The notes under the pieces: generated by a model
Databases searched by the model: none
The model's input: only the letters and a program-made list of their open reading frames with translations
Told to the model about the DNA's origin: nothing
Source: Octopus sinensis
Taxonomy: Eukaryota
Assembly (NCBI RefSeq): GCF_006345805.1
Contig: NC_043023.1
Span: 12,772,001 to 12,836,000, forward strand
Direction of reading: 5' to 3'
DNA: 64,000 nucleotides
Shown here: piece by piece, positions 1 to 12,819 of the stretch
Numbering within the stretch: position 1 is the stretch's first letter
How the letters are laid out: every line of letters begins with the position of its first letter
Position numbers and translations under genes: made by a program

Positions 1-430
1 CTTATGCATACCTTTCCTTCTTGGGACAGAAAACTCTACTACTGAAGACCTGTTGATGCAAGTGAGAATCAAAATCGAAATCAATCAACATCAATGGAAA
101 TTGTAGCTGTGATACCAGTACTGGTTGCACGTAAAAAGCACCATCCGATTGTGGCCATTGCCAGCCACGCCTGGCCTCTGTGCCGGTGGCACATAAAAAG
201 CAACGGCCGATCTTGGCCGAAGCCAGCCTCACCTGGCCCCTGTGCCGGTGGCACATGAAAAGCATCCACTACACTGACAGAGTAGTTGGCGTTTAGGAAG
301 GGCATCCAGCTGTAGAGACACTGCCAGATCAGACTGCAACCTGGTGCAGCCTCCTGGTTTCCCAGACCCAGTCAACTGTCCAACCCATGCTAGCAGGGAA
401 AACAGATGTTAAACAATGATGATGATGAGG
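1..430 (+). mobile_element. RTE-LINE 3' UTR/tail, presumably the 3' end of a ZNF gene upstream of the window
   Basis: Near-identical to 45252-45678, which follows ZNF locus F. Contains ggcgtttaggaagggcatccagctgtag and ends in (GAT)n. Confidence 0.8.
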
Positions 431-1481
431 ATTCTCTATTGTTTCCTGTGACAGACAGCTGTTCTTTTGTGTACTGGACATTTTCAATGTGGGCGCACTC
501 GCGCAAGCTAGTCGTAAGTAGTCGATCCTACAATTTTTTTTATTAAACTAAGTAAATAAATTATTTATAGATCCGCGCCCAGGTGGCAAAAATGGAAAAA
601 AATATGTGTAACAGGTGTAAGGCATCGTATATTGAAGGAATATGACGAAAAAAAAAAGCTCGCTGACAAAGGAGGGGGTGGGGACGGGGCTTGGAAAATT
701 CACACGATCAACCGTACTAGATTGGCGCCCGGGTGGCAAAAATGGTAAAAAATGTGTAAAAGGTGTATATATATACATGTATATATATATCACAGACACA
801 CACACACACACTTACGTGCGCAAACACACATGCACACACACAGACAAACACGCACACACACATATTTCCATATCTGTGACTTGTGTTTGTCCCAAGTCAA
901 CGCTTCATTTTCGGTTTCGGCTGATTACGTCATCGTAACTTAGCAATTCGACAAAAGGAGAAGGAAGGAATGAGTAGCAGTCTGAAGAGAGATAAGCCCA
1001 GCCGTCGATGAGTATGAGTAAACACGCTGATGTGGTGCTCCAGCATGGCGGTCGTCCAAGAATCGAAACTAGCAAACTTCGGACGATAAAATCTACTTTG
1101 TAGGTAAATGGTGTCAAGGGAGAGAACTCTTATATATATATAAACCACATATATTTAAGAGTAGTCTCCCTTAAGACGTTAAAGACAGATGATAGAACTG
1201 AAGCGGTTTCGCAACGTTGTTCAAGGGAGCAAACTCTAGTACCATATATTTGTGAGTATTCTCCCTTGAAACCAATCGTTATGCCAGCAAACTGTACAGG
1301 GGTTGAGAGACGGAGATGGAGAGAGTCAGACCGACAAGCAGTCGGACGGTCACGTAAATCGGTGAATGAAGGATAGAAACGTATTCTGTGTCATTCCATA
1401 AATAATTCGGGTTTTTTTAAAATTTATTTTTCAAGATTAAGATAGGCAGTGTTTTTTTTTTTTAATCTAAAATGTTCTACC

Positions 1482-1482
<1 letters not shown>

Positions 1483-1516
<34 letters not shown>

Positions 1517-1625
1517 ATATATATGTGTGTGTGTGTGTATATATTTATATATATATGTATATATATATATATATATATATGCACTCACACATACACACGC
1601 ATATATATATATATATATATATATA
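1483..1625. repeat. (TA)n/(TG)n microsatellite
   Basis: Visible dinucleotide runs; the paralog is at about 46730-46906. Confidence 0.9.
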
Positions 1626-1804
1626 TTTCATTTCATTTCATCTAATTTCAGCTCATGAGCTGTGGCCATGCTGGGGCACCACCATTTAAAACTTTGTCAA
1701 CAACCAGCCATGGGACTTGAACCCAGATCCCTTGGAGATGCATATTTATATGTATGTATATATATTTATGCATACATTCATATATACATACATATATATA
1801 TATA

Positions 1805-2439
1805 GGAGTTGAGGAACCTGTGGAAGAGGTAGACCCAGGAAAACCTGGGACGAGGTGGTGAAGCACAACCTTTGAACTTTAGGTCTCACCAAGGAAATGA
1901 CTAGAGACCGAGACCTATGGAAGTATGCTGTGCGTGAGAAGACCCGGCAAGACCCCTCAGAACAGTCAAAATCAAACCAAATCAACATCAGTGGAAATTG
2001 CAGCTGTGGTTAAGCAAACCATCCGATCGTTTGTCCGTTGCCAGCGTCGCCTGGCCCCGTGCCTTTGGCATGTAAAAGCACCATCCGCTCGTGTCCGTTG
2101 GCAGCCTCGCCAGGTCCCCGTGCCGGTAGCACGTAAAAGCACCATCCCTTCTTGTCCGTTGCCAACCTCAACTGGCCCCTGTGCCGGTGGCACATAAAAA
2201 CACCATCCGTTCGTGGCTGTTTGCCAGCGCTGTCTGGCACCTGTGCAGGTCGCACGTAAAATGCACCCACTACACTCACGGAGTGGTTGGCGTTAGGAAG
2301 GGCATCCAGCCGTAGAAACACTGCCAAATCTGACTGGGCCTGATAAAGCCTTCCGGCTTCACAGACCCCAGTTAAACCGTCCAACCCATGCTAGCATGGA
2401 AAACGGACGCTAAATGATGATGATGATGATGATGATGAT
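1805..2439 (+). mobile_element. 5'-truncated RTE LINE: ORF C-terminus, 3' UTR and (GAT)n tail
   Basis: Encodes a GRGRPRKTWDEVVKH..DLWKYAVREKTRQD-type end matching the LINE at 3858-4499 and ends gctaaatgatgatgat. Paralog at about 47086-47720. Confidence 0.85.
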
Positions 2440-3400
2440 TCATCAATACATCAAACCCATCTTATAAAGGAAATCTGTGAAAAACAACGGCAAAATATTT
2501 CTTCTGGACGATGGAATTAACAGCAACAATTTGAAGTCTTTGCTGTCTGGAATATAGAGGAGATGATTGTTTTACAGGTTAAATAAGCTTGGATAACTTT
2601 ACAAAGGGGTAGACAATTGTCACCTCTTCATTTAGATATTAAGCAAAATCACAGATGAAAGAAGCATAGCATTAAATTATTCTCTGAAAATAGCAACACA
2701 AATATATTCATAGAAATGAATTTTTTTCCTATTTCAGAATATCATACCATGTTGATTTAAAAGAAATTTCTTCATTCAGATGTGTGTCTGATATTTTGAT
2801 TGACTTTCATCAATTAAAGGAAGACCATATATTCATAAGACACATTCATCAAAACATCAGCTTCTTTATATAAATAAAATCTTCGACGAACGATGGGGAA
2901 ATATTTCTTCTGGATGATGGAATTAAGAGCAACATTTTTTTTGCCATCTGGAATGTAGAGATGATGATGAACCTACAGGTTAAGTTTGAGTAACTTTACA
3001 AAAGAGTTAACCAATTTATATCTTCTGTTTTAGATATTAAGCAAGATCACCAATGAAAGTAACATAACGTTTAATTATTCTCTGATGCATTTGAACACAA
3101 ACATTCATAGAAATGAAACAGATACTATCATTGTGATATGTATAACGAAATTATTCTCTCATAATGAATAATTCAACTAAAGCAAAAGTCTCTGATAAAA
3201 GAGGGAAGCTATATCACTGTGATCATCATCATCATCATCATCGTTTAACGTCCCCTTTCTATGCTAGCATGGGTTGGACGGTTCAACTGGGGTCTGGCAA
3301 GCCCGAAGGCTACACCAGGCCAGTCAGATCTGGCAGTGTTTCTACAGCTGGATGCCCTTCCTAACGCCAACCACTCCGAGAGTGTAGTGGCTGATTTTAT

Positions 3401-3680
3401 GTGCCACCGACACAGGTGCCAGACGAGGCTGGCAGACGGCCACGCTCGGATGGTGTTTTTTATGTGCCACCGACACAGGTGCCAGACGAGGCTGGCAGAC
3501 GGCCACGCTCGGATATGGTGTTTTCGGTGTTTTTCTTATGTGCCACCGACACAGGTGCCAGACGAGGCTGGCGAACGGCTACGATCGGATGGTGTTTGTT
3601 ACGTACCCAAGGCACGGAGGCCAGTCGATGCGTTACCGGCTACGGTCCCTTTCGGATGGTTTTCTTATGTGCCACCGGCA
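3401..3680 (-). repeat. About 63-bp tandem repeats in the RTE 3' UTR
   Basis: gtgccaccgacacaggtgccagacgaggctggc recurs at 3401, 3464 and 3540; the paralog at 48674-49020 has one extra unit. Confidence 0.85.
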
Positions 3681-3857
3681 CTGGTAACACAAGGATACAA
3701 ATTCCATTGATGTTCATCTATTTTGATTTGGTTTGACTTGATTCGATTTGACTTTGATTTGATTTGCCTCAACAGATCTTCACAAGTGTCACAAGCAGGA
3801 AATTATGCACAGGTGGACTGACTACGTCCCAGGTAGGGGCCACGGGTTATGGCTTCA

Positions 3858-4495
3858 CTAGTCTTGCCGGGTCTTCTCACGCACAGCATACTTCCATAGG
3901 TCTCGGTCTCTAGTCATTTCCATGGTGAGACCTAACGTTCGAAGGTCGTGCTTCACCACTTCGTCCCAGGTTTTCCTGGGTCTACCTCTTCCACGGGTTC
4001 CCTCAACTGCTAGGGATTGGCACTTTCTCACACACCTATCTTCATCCATTCTTGCCACATGACCATACCAGCGCAATCGTCTCTCTTGCACGCAACAACT
4101 GATGCTTCTTAGGTACAACATTTCTCTCAGGGAACTAACACTCTGTCGAGTAAGTACACTGACATTACACATCCATCGGAGCATACTGGCTTCATTCCTC
4201 ATGAGCTTACGCATGTCCTCAGCAGTCATGGCCCATGTTTCACTGCCATGTAGCATGGCAGTTCGAACACATGCATCATACAGTCTGCCCTTTACTCTGA
4301 GCGAGAGGCCTTTAGTCACCAGCAGAGGTAAGAGCTCCCTAAACTTTGCCCAGGCTATTCTTATTCTAGCAGTTACACTCTCAGCGCACCCACCCCCACT
4401 ACTGACTTGGTCACCTAGATAACGGAAGCTATCAACTACATCTAATTTTTCCCCCTGGAAAGTGACGGAAGTTGTTTTCTGCAGATTTTCGGAGG

Positions 4496-4499
<4 letters not shown>
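3858..4499 (-). CDS. RTE ORF C-terminal part (RT motif 7 and thumb region)
   Basis: VDSFRYLG, RIRIAWAKFREL, LHGSETW, RLRWYGHVARM. Confidence 0.85.
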
Positions 4500-5809
<1,310 letters not shown>

Positions 5810-5812
5810 TGA

Positions 5813-7090
<1,278 letters not shown>

Positions 7091-7119
7091 TAATCGTATC
7101 AATATCAAAATTTGTTACA

Positions 7120-7610
7120 ACCCGGCAGGACAAGTGAGACCACAACCCATGGCCTCTACCTGGGATGTAGCCAGTCCACTTATGCATACCTTTCCTTCTT
7201 GGGACACAAAACTCTACTTGTGAAGACTTGTTGAGGCAAGTGAGAATCAGAATCAAAATCGAAATCAACCAACATCAATGGAAATTGCAGCTGTGATACC
7301 AATGCTGGTGGCATGTAAAAAGCACCATCCGATCGTGGCCATTGCCAGTCTCACCTGGCCCCGTGCGGCTGGCACGTAAAAAGCACCATCCGACCGTAGC
7401 TGTTTGCCAGCCCCGTGTGGCACCTGTGTCCGGTGGCACGTACAAAGCACCCACTACACTCACGGAGTGGTTGGCGTTAGGAAGGGCATCCAGCCGTAGA
7501 AACATTGCCAGATCAGACTGGGCCAGGTGCAGCCTTGTGGCTTCCCAGACCCCGGTCGAACCATCCAACCCATGCTAGCATGGAAAGCGGACGCTAAATG
7601 ATGATGATGA
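7120..7610 (+). mobile_element. RTE 3' tail directly downstream of the ZNF A stop codon
   Basis: acccggcaggacaagtgagaccacaacccatggcc matches the reverse complement of the LINE ORF end and 3' UTR (about 3830-3875). Ends in (GAT)n. Confidence 0.85.
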
Positions 7611-7880
7611 CAAGAATTATGAATATTTTGTCTGCTAAAAGACAGGGTTTATTCCTCTTCAAGCTTGACATTATTAACATCAGTTTCTTGGATGTCAACA
7701 TGAAATTCATGAATCACAACTTCAATATCATTTATATATCTAAATATATCAACACAGAGATGACTTTGGTTTCTGAAGATGATTGTGCTGGATTTTTGAG
7801 GAATTTGTTATGAGAGAATAAAGGAATGGGAATAAGGAATAAAAGTTTTAAGTGACATTGATTTTGTCTTTGTTGTGTTT

Positions 7881-8310
7881 TCATCATTATCATCCTCATC
7901 CTTCTTCTCTTGTTCTCCGCCTCATCCTCCTCTTTTCTTTTTCTTCTTCTTCTCCTCCTCCTCCTTCTCCTCCTTCTCCGTCTTCTTCATCTTCTCCTCC
8001 TTTCTTCTTCTTCTTCTTCTTCTCTTCTTCTTTTTCTTCTTCTTCATTGATTTTGTCTGTTTGTTTTCTTCTCATCATCCTCATCTTTCTTCTTCTTCTT
8101 CTCCTCCTCATCCTCCTTCTTTTTCTTTTTCATCTTCTTCTTCTTCTCCTTCTTCCTCTCCTCCATCTTCTCCTTCTTCTTCTTTTCTTCTTCTTCAGTG
8201 TCCATTTCCTTTGCATGCCTGGGTGGGAAATTGTGACCTGAGCTGGCAAGCCAGAGTGCTGCTCCAGGTTCCGCTCAGATTTTGCTTGCTTTCTTTGGCT
8301 GTATGCCCTT
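7881..8310 (-). repeat. (CAT/CTT/CCT)n pyrimidine microsatellite joined to an old antisense RTE tail
   Basis: About 310 bp of pyrimidine tract followed by cagtgtccatttcctttgcatgcctgggtggg...gtatgccctt, a degenerate minus-strand RTE end. Paralogs at 28581-28850, 52801-53130 and 60398-60660. Confidence 0.7.
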
Positions 8311-8720
8311 AGGATGTCCATTGAGGTGAAAAACATTCTGTGCCTTATGAATATGTCCCTCGTTTAAGAAACAGATTGGGTTTATTTACATTTGTGAAGA
8401 AAAAAAGATAGCCTTGCCCCCACCCTTAAACCTAAAACAGATTGAAATGCAATAGATCGATACTAGGGTCATAATTATGGGTGAAAATTTCAACAAATCA
8501 ATGACGTCTATTGAGGTGAAAACATTCTGTGCCTTATGAATATGTCCCTTGTTTAAGAAACAGATTGGGTTTATTTACATTTGTGAAGAAAAAAAGATAG
8601 CCTCCCCCCACCCCTAACCCTAAAACAGATTGAAATGCAATAGATCGATACTAGGGTCATAATTATGGGTGACAATTTCATATGACACTGCAAGAAAAAA
8701 CTGCCGTTCAAACCGAAAAG

Positions 8721-9070
8721 ATCCGAATGTGTGAGTACACTTTATTGAAAGAATCTTGTAAAAATTTGAAAACCCTTGAAAGTGAAGTTCTTGACAGAAA
8801 GGGACAAAGAGGAAACTACAACGAATCCCACCAGTCAGTAGAGCCACCTATTGGAGAACTGAAAGAAGACAATCATGTAAAGGGAAATAACTTCTGCTAC
8901 ATTTCAACCCCGGTTCAACATTTAAATTATTAATTAAGGTGCTTAATTACTGATTCACTGACTCGTTGCTTATTTGTGAATACGGTAAGTTGATAAAGAT
9001 TAACTTTAAGGCTGTAAAGGTGATAATATACTACTACTACTACTAATAATAATAATAATGTGAATAATAG
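8721..9070 (+). other. Diverged remnant of a ZNF exon-1/intron-1 boundary
   Basis: gaatgtgtgagt..ttgacagaaagggacaaag..taattaaggtgcttaatt..gaatacggtaagttga parallels 10171-10430. Paralogs at about 29070-29420 and 53540-53890. Confidence 0.65.
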
Positions 9071-9565
9071 AATTCTGTGAACCTCTTTATGTTACAGTAA
9101 TTACTTTTCGAAGCGGGAACCTGACAACAATTAAGAAAATGTGTCGGTAGCACGTTAAAAGCACCAACTGATCGTGGCCGATGCCGGACTCCCTGGCACC
9201 TGTGCAGGTGGCACATAATAAGCACCCAATACACTTCTGGAGTGGTTGGCGTTAGGAAGGGCATCCAGCTGTAGAAACACTGCCAGATCATACTGAGACA
9301 ACTTACAAATTACAATTTTCTCAAGAAAGCCAAGAGAAAAAATGTTTTATTTTGACACATTCTCCCAGTAAACGAAATTTTAAAGTGTTTAGTTAACTAG
9401 AAATTGTGTTGAAAACTGCCGTTCAAAAGGAAAAGATCCCTCAACAATGCTATTGATGAACGAAATATTGTGAAGCATTTTGTCTGGCATGCTAGTGACC
9501 CTGCCAGTAAATAATGGGATTATGTGAACCCTTCAATGTTAAAGTAATCATATAGAAGTGAAAAC

Positions 9566-9966
9566 GGATCTTTTCGGTTTGAACGGCAGTTTTTTCTAGT
9601 GGTGCCATATGAAATTGTCACCCATAATTACGACCCTGGTATCAATCTATTGCATTTCAATCTGTTTTAGGGGAAGGGTATATTTTTTTTTTCACAAACA
9701 TAAATAAACCAAATCTGTTTCTTAAACGAGGGACATATTCATACGGCACAGAATGTTTTTTTTACCTCAATAAACGTCAGTGATTGGTTGAAATTGCAGA
9801 AATTGAAGAAAAAAAACAACAAATATCTTACAAACCGTTGAATTTTCTCAATAAAGCCAAGAGAAACAGATGTTTTATAAACACATTCTACCAGTATACG
9901 AAGTTTAAAAGTGTTTAGTTACGTGGAAATTATTTTTAAAAACTGCCGGTCAAACCGAAAAGATCC
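9566..9966. mobile_element. MITE with GGATCTTTTCGGTTTGA...TCAAACCGAAAAGATCC terminal inverted repeats
   Basis: TIRs of about 28 bp seen directly. Copies at 16618-17021, 22155-22554, 31002-31668 (composite), 40135-40516 and 54382-54782; partial copies at 8320-8724 and 17150-17332. Confidence 0.75.
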
Positions 9967-10020
9967 CCAAGAGGTATCCAAGCATTGTTCTTTAGATGAG
10001 AGAGAAGTGTGAAGGAAGGA

Positions 10021-10177
10021 CAATGATTGGACAGGAGAGAAAATGACGTCAGAAACGGATGGAAGTGCAACGGCCTGACGTCACATCAGGAAGATATAAG
10101 TCAAAGATGCCTTCTTTCTTTCGGTGTCTGCGACGGGGTCCAGTTCGTGCGCTGGAAACGGTCGTAGATTAGAATAT
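10021..10177 (+). promoter_or_regulatory. Putative promoter and non-coding exon 1 of ZNF B
   Basis: ATTGG (reverse CCAAT), TGACGTCA twice, GGAAGTG, GATATAAG, a CpG-rich stretch, then donor GTGAGT at 10178. Confidence 0.65.
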
Positions 10178-10431
10178 GTGAGTGTATATATTCTATATTA
10201 CCTTGAAGGTAAAATCGTTGACAGAATGGGACAAAGAAGACACAGGAACGAAACGAACCAGTCATAGAAAATTGAAGAACTATAACCATATAAAGGGATA
10301 TAACTTTCCTTAATTAATTAATTAAGGTGCTTAATTAACGATCGTTGACTCGTTGTTTGTATCTGAATACGGTAAGTTGACAACGATTTATTTTAAGGCT
10401 GTAATGATGATGATAATACCAATAATAATAA

Positions 10432-10643
10432 GGTACTACTAGCGAACAGTGGTCCCGGTGCGTGCACTCGCGTATCCGCGCTTGCTAGTCGTAAGTAGTC
10501 GAATCTACAATTTTGAAAACTAAGTAAATACATTATTTTTGTAAACAAACTAAGGTTAGGTTTAAAAAGTCGTTGTAGGATCGACTACATACGACTAGCT
10601 AGCGCGAGTGCGCGCACCGGGGCCACTGTTCGCTTGTAGTACC
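10432..10643. mobile_element. Fold-back MITE, GGTACTACTAGCGAACAGTGG...CCACTGTTCGCTAGTAGTACC type
   Basis: Long TIRs seen directly. One copy sits in intron 1 of each promoter-bearing unit (about 17802-18018, 23022-23221, 32132-32348, 41312-41499 partly deleted, 55249-55464). Confidence 0.75.
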
Positions 10644-10820
10644 GCGCGCCTCTCCAAGATAATGACGCTTACTTGAGAGAAAAAGTTAGGAAATGGGAAA
10701 TATATCCAGAATACATAAAGTATGGAGAAAATTAGAAAGATTGATCTATTTTTTAAATATTTTATGCTAAAAAATAAAATACGGAGAACGGGCACTCGCG
10801 AATATAAACAAACATATAAG

Positions 10821-11195
10821 GGTACTATTTAAGAAGAGAGGTCCCGGTGGGCGCGCTAGCTAGTCGTGACTAGTCGATCCTTACTTTGTATGTTTGTATT
10901 TAAAAAAATTATTTTCTTTGTTTGAAAAAATGAGCGTAACTTCGGTATAGGTACCGGAAGTACCAGATACATTTCAAGAAAGTGTTTTTTTATACATATA
11001 TGGGGGGGGGGGGTTATGGTTAAGGTTTGTGTTAGGGGTCGGAGAAAAGGGTTTCTGTTATCTTCAGAAATGTAAACAAAGCCACTCACGGTATCTATAC
11101 CGAAGGATCGCCAAAAATTATTTATTTTGTGTTTTAATTACTTTGGTAGGTAGTCGTTGTAGGATCGACTAGTCACGACTCTTTTAAATAGTACC
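10821..11195. mobile_element. Related MITE, GGTACTATTTAA...TTAAATAGTACC, with an internal inverted repeat
   Basis: TIRs plus internal ttcggtataggtaccg / cggtatctataccgaa. Present in units B, C, D, E, F and H. Confidence 0.7.
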
Positions 11196-11673
11196 GGAGA
11201 AAATTAGAACGATTAATCTATTTTTAACTATTTTACACTAAAAATAAAATACGCAGAACGGGCACTCGCGAATATAAACAAACATGTATGTACGTATACG
11301 TATGTATTTATGCATATATATGTATTATTATGTATACATATATGTGTGTGTGTAAGGGTGAAAGAAATTGAATATTAATTAATAACATCAATTTCGTATG
11401 GATTTTGGCGTTTGGTTCAGCAAATTATGTTTTTGATATACTCTACCGATGATTCGAAAATGATTTGTAAGTAAAATTACACAATCTATTAACGATGAAA
11501 CAATTGTATAGAGTTAATCCATTTTTTCGTTATTTTTCATTTGTCCTGCCCCCTTACATTCTTGGCGTGTTGAATTAATGCTTGAGAACAATTCTTTAGT
11601 GGTGGATTCCCTTTGCGGATCTATTTCTAGCGTTAGAGTGACCACATGTGGTCCTTCTCTTATTACTTGTATG

Positions 11674-11706
<33 letters not shown>

Positions 11707-11989
11707 ATACAAATATATTTGTAGTGAATCTTGCACGCATGAAGTAGATTGGATCCACCATAGCCAAAATTTTAATTAACCCTTCACCAAAATTTTTCAT
11801 ATGGCAGAACAATAGAGAAATCTCAATACAGAATGTTGTAAAAGTTTCAATGCCTCAATGGATTCTGACCCCTGCAAACATAGACATTAAATGGACGACA
11901 GTGTTGATGTTGTAAGATTTGCAATGTTGAATTACTATGTCGTTTAATGATTCTCTTTATCTCACTGCTTCTTTTTTTTTCTATTTCAG

Positions 11990-12819
11990 AATATAACATC
12001 CTGTTGATATGAAAGAAATTACTTCATTCAGATGTGCCTCTGATATTCTATAAGCTCCCATCAACCAAAGGAAGATGATATATTTATAAGGAGCATTCAT
12101 CAATACATCAAACTCATCTCATAAAGGAAATCTGTGAAAAACAACAGCAAAATATTTCTTCTGGACGATGGAATTAACAGCAACAATTTGAAGTCTTTGC
12201 TGTCTGGAATATAGAGGAGATGATTGTTTTACAGGTTAATTAAGCTTGGATAACTTTACAAAGGGGCAGGCAATTGTCACCTCTTGATTTAGATATTAAG
12301 CAAGATCACAGATGAAAGAAGCATAGCATTAAATTATTCTCTGAAAATAGCAACACAAATATATTCATAGAAATGAATTTTTTTCCTATTTCAGAATATC
12401 ATACCATGTTGATTTAAAAGAAATTTCTTCATTCAGATGTGTGTCTGATATTTTGATTGACTTTCATCAATTAAAGGAAGACCATATATTCATAAGACAC
12501 ATTCATCAAAAGTTCAGCCTCTTTATATAAAAAAATCTTTGATGAATGATGGGGAAGTATTTCTTCTGGATGATGGAGTTAAGAGCAACATGTTTTTTGC
12601 CATCTGGAATGTAGAGATGATGATGAACCTACAGGTTAAGTTTGAGTAACTTTACAAAAGAGTTAACCAATTTATATCTTCTGTTTTAGATATTAAGCAA
12701 GATCACCAATGAAAGTAACATAACGTTTAATTATTCTCTGATGCATTTGAACACAAACATTCATAGAAATGAAACAGATACTATCATTGTGATATGTATA
12801 ACGAAATTATTCTCTCATA
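11990..12819 (+). other. Two tandem ~400-bp decayed leader segments, each after a splice acceptor (putative 5' UTR of ZNF B)
   Basis: Acceptors tttctatttcag|aatat at 11989 and 12394. Both copies share cttcattcagatgtg, aaatatttcttctgga, acaggttaa and ttagatattaagcaa. The same arrangement precedes each locus (first copy 5'-truncated in A and G). Confidence 0.7.

Noticed and set aside
1160-1280. Possible hammerhead on the minus strand (cccttgaacaacgttgcgaaacc)
   Set aside because: No compatible 3-8 core pair or closing stem I could be built.
3261-3736. Repetitive ORFs (MCHRHRCQTRLADG, VPPTQVPDEAG)
   Set aside because: Readings of the non-coding RTE 3' UTR tandem repeats.
7598-7813. 71-aa ORF MMMMTRIMNILSAKRQ repeated in four units
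   Set aside because: Its ATGs come from the (GAT)n LINE tail, and conservation reflects recent duplication.
7852-8336. Poly-Ser/Leu/Arg/Glu ORFs, also near 28.5, 52.8 and 60.4 kb
   Set aside because: Translations of trinucleotide microsatellites.
10101-10289. 62-aa antisense ORF (MVIVLQFSMTGS...) open in six copies
   Set aside because: The copies are very recent duplicates, so persistence is expected. It overlaps the promoter and donor, one copy starts with GTG, and there is no recognisable domain.
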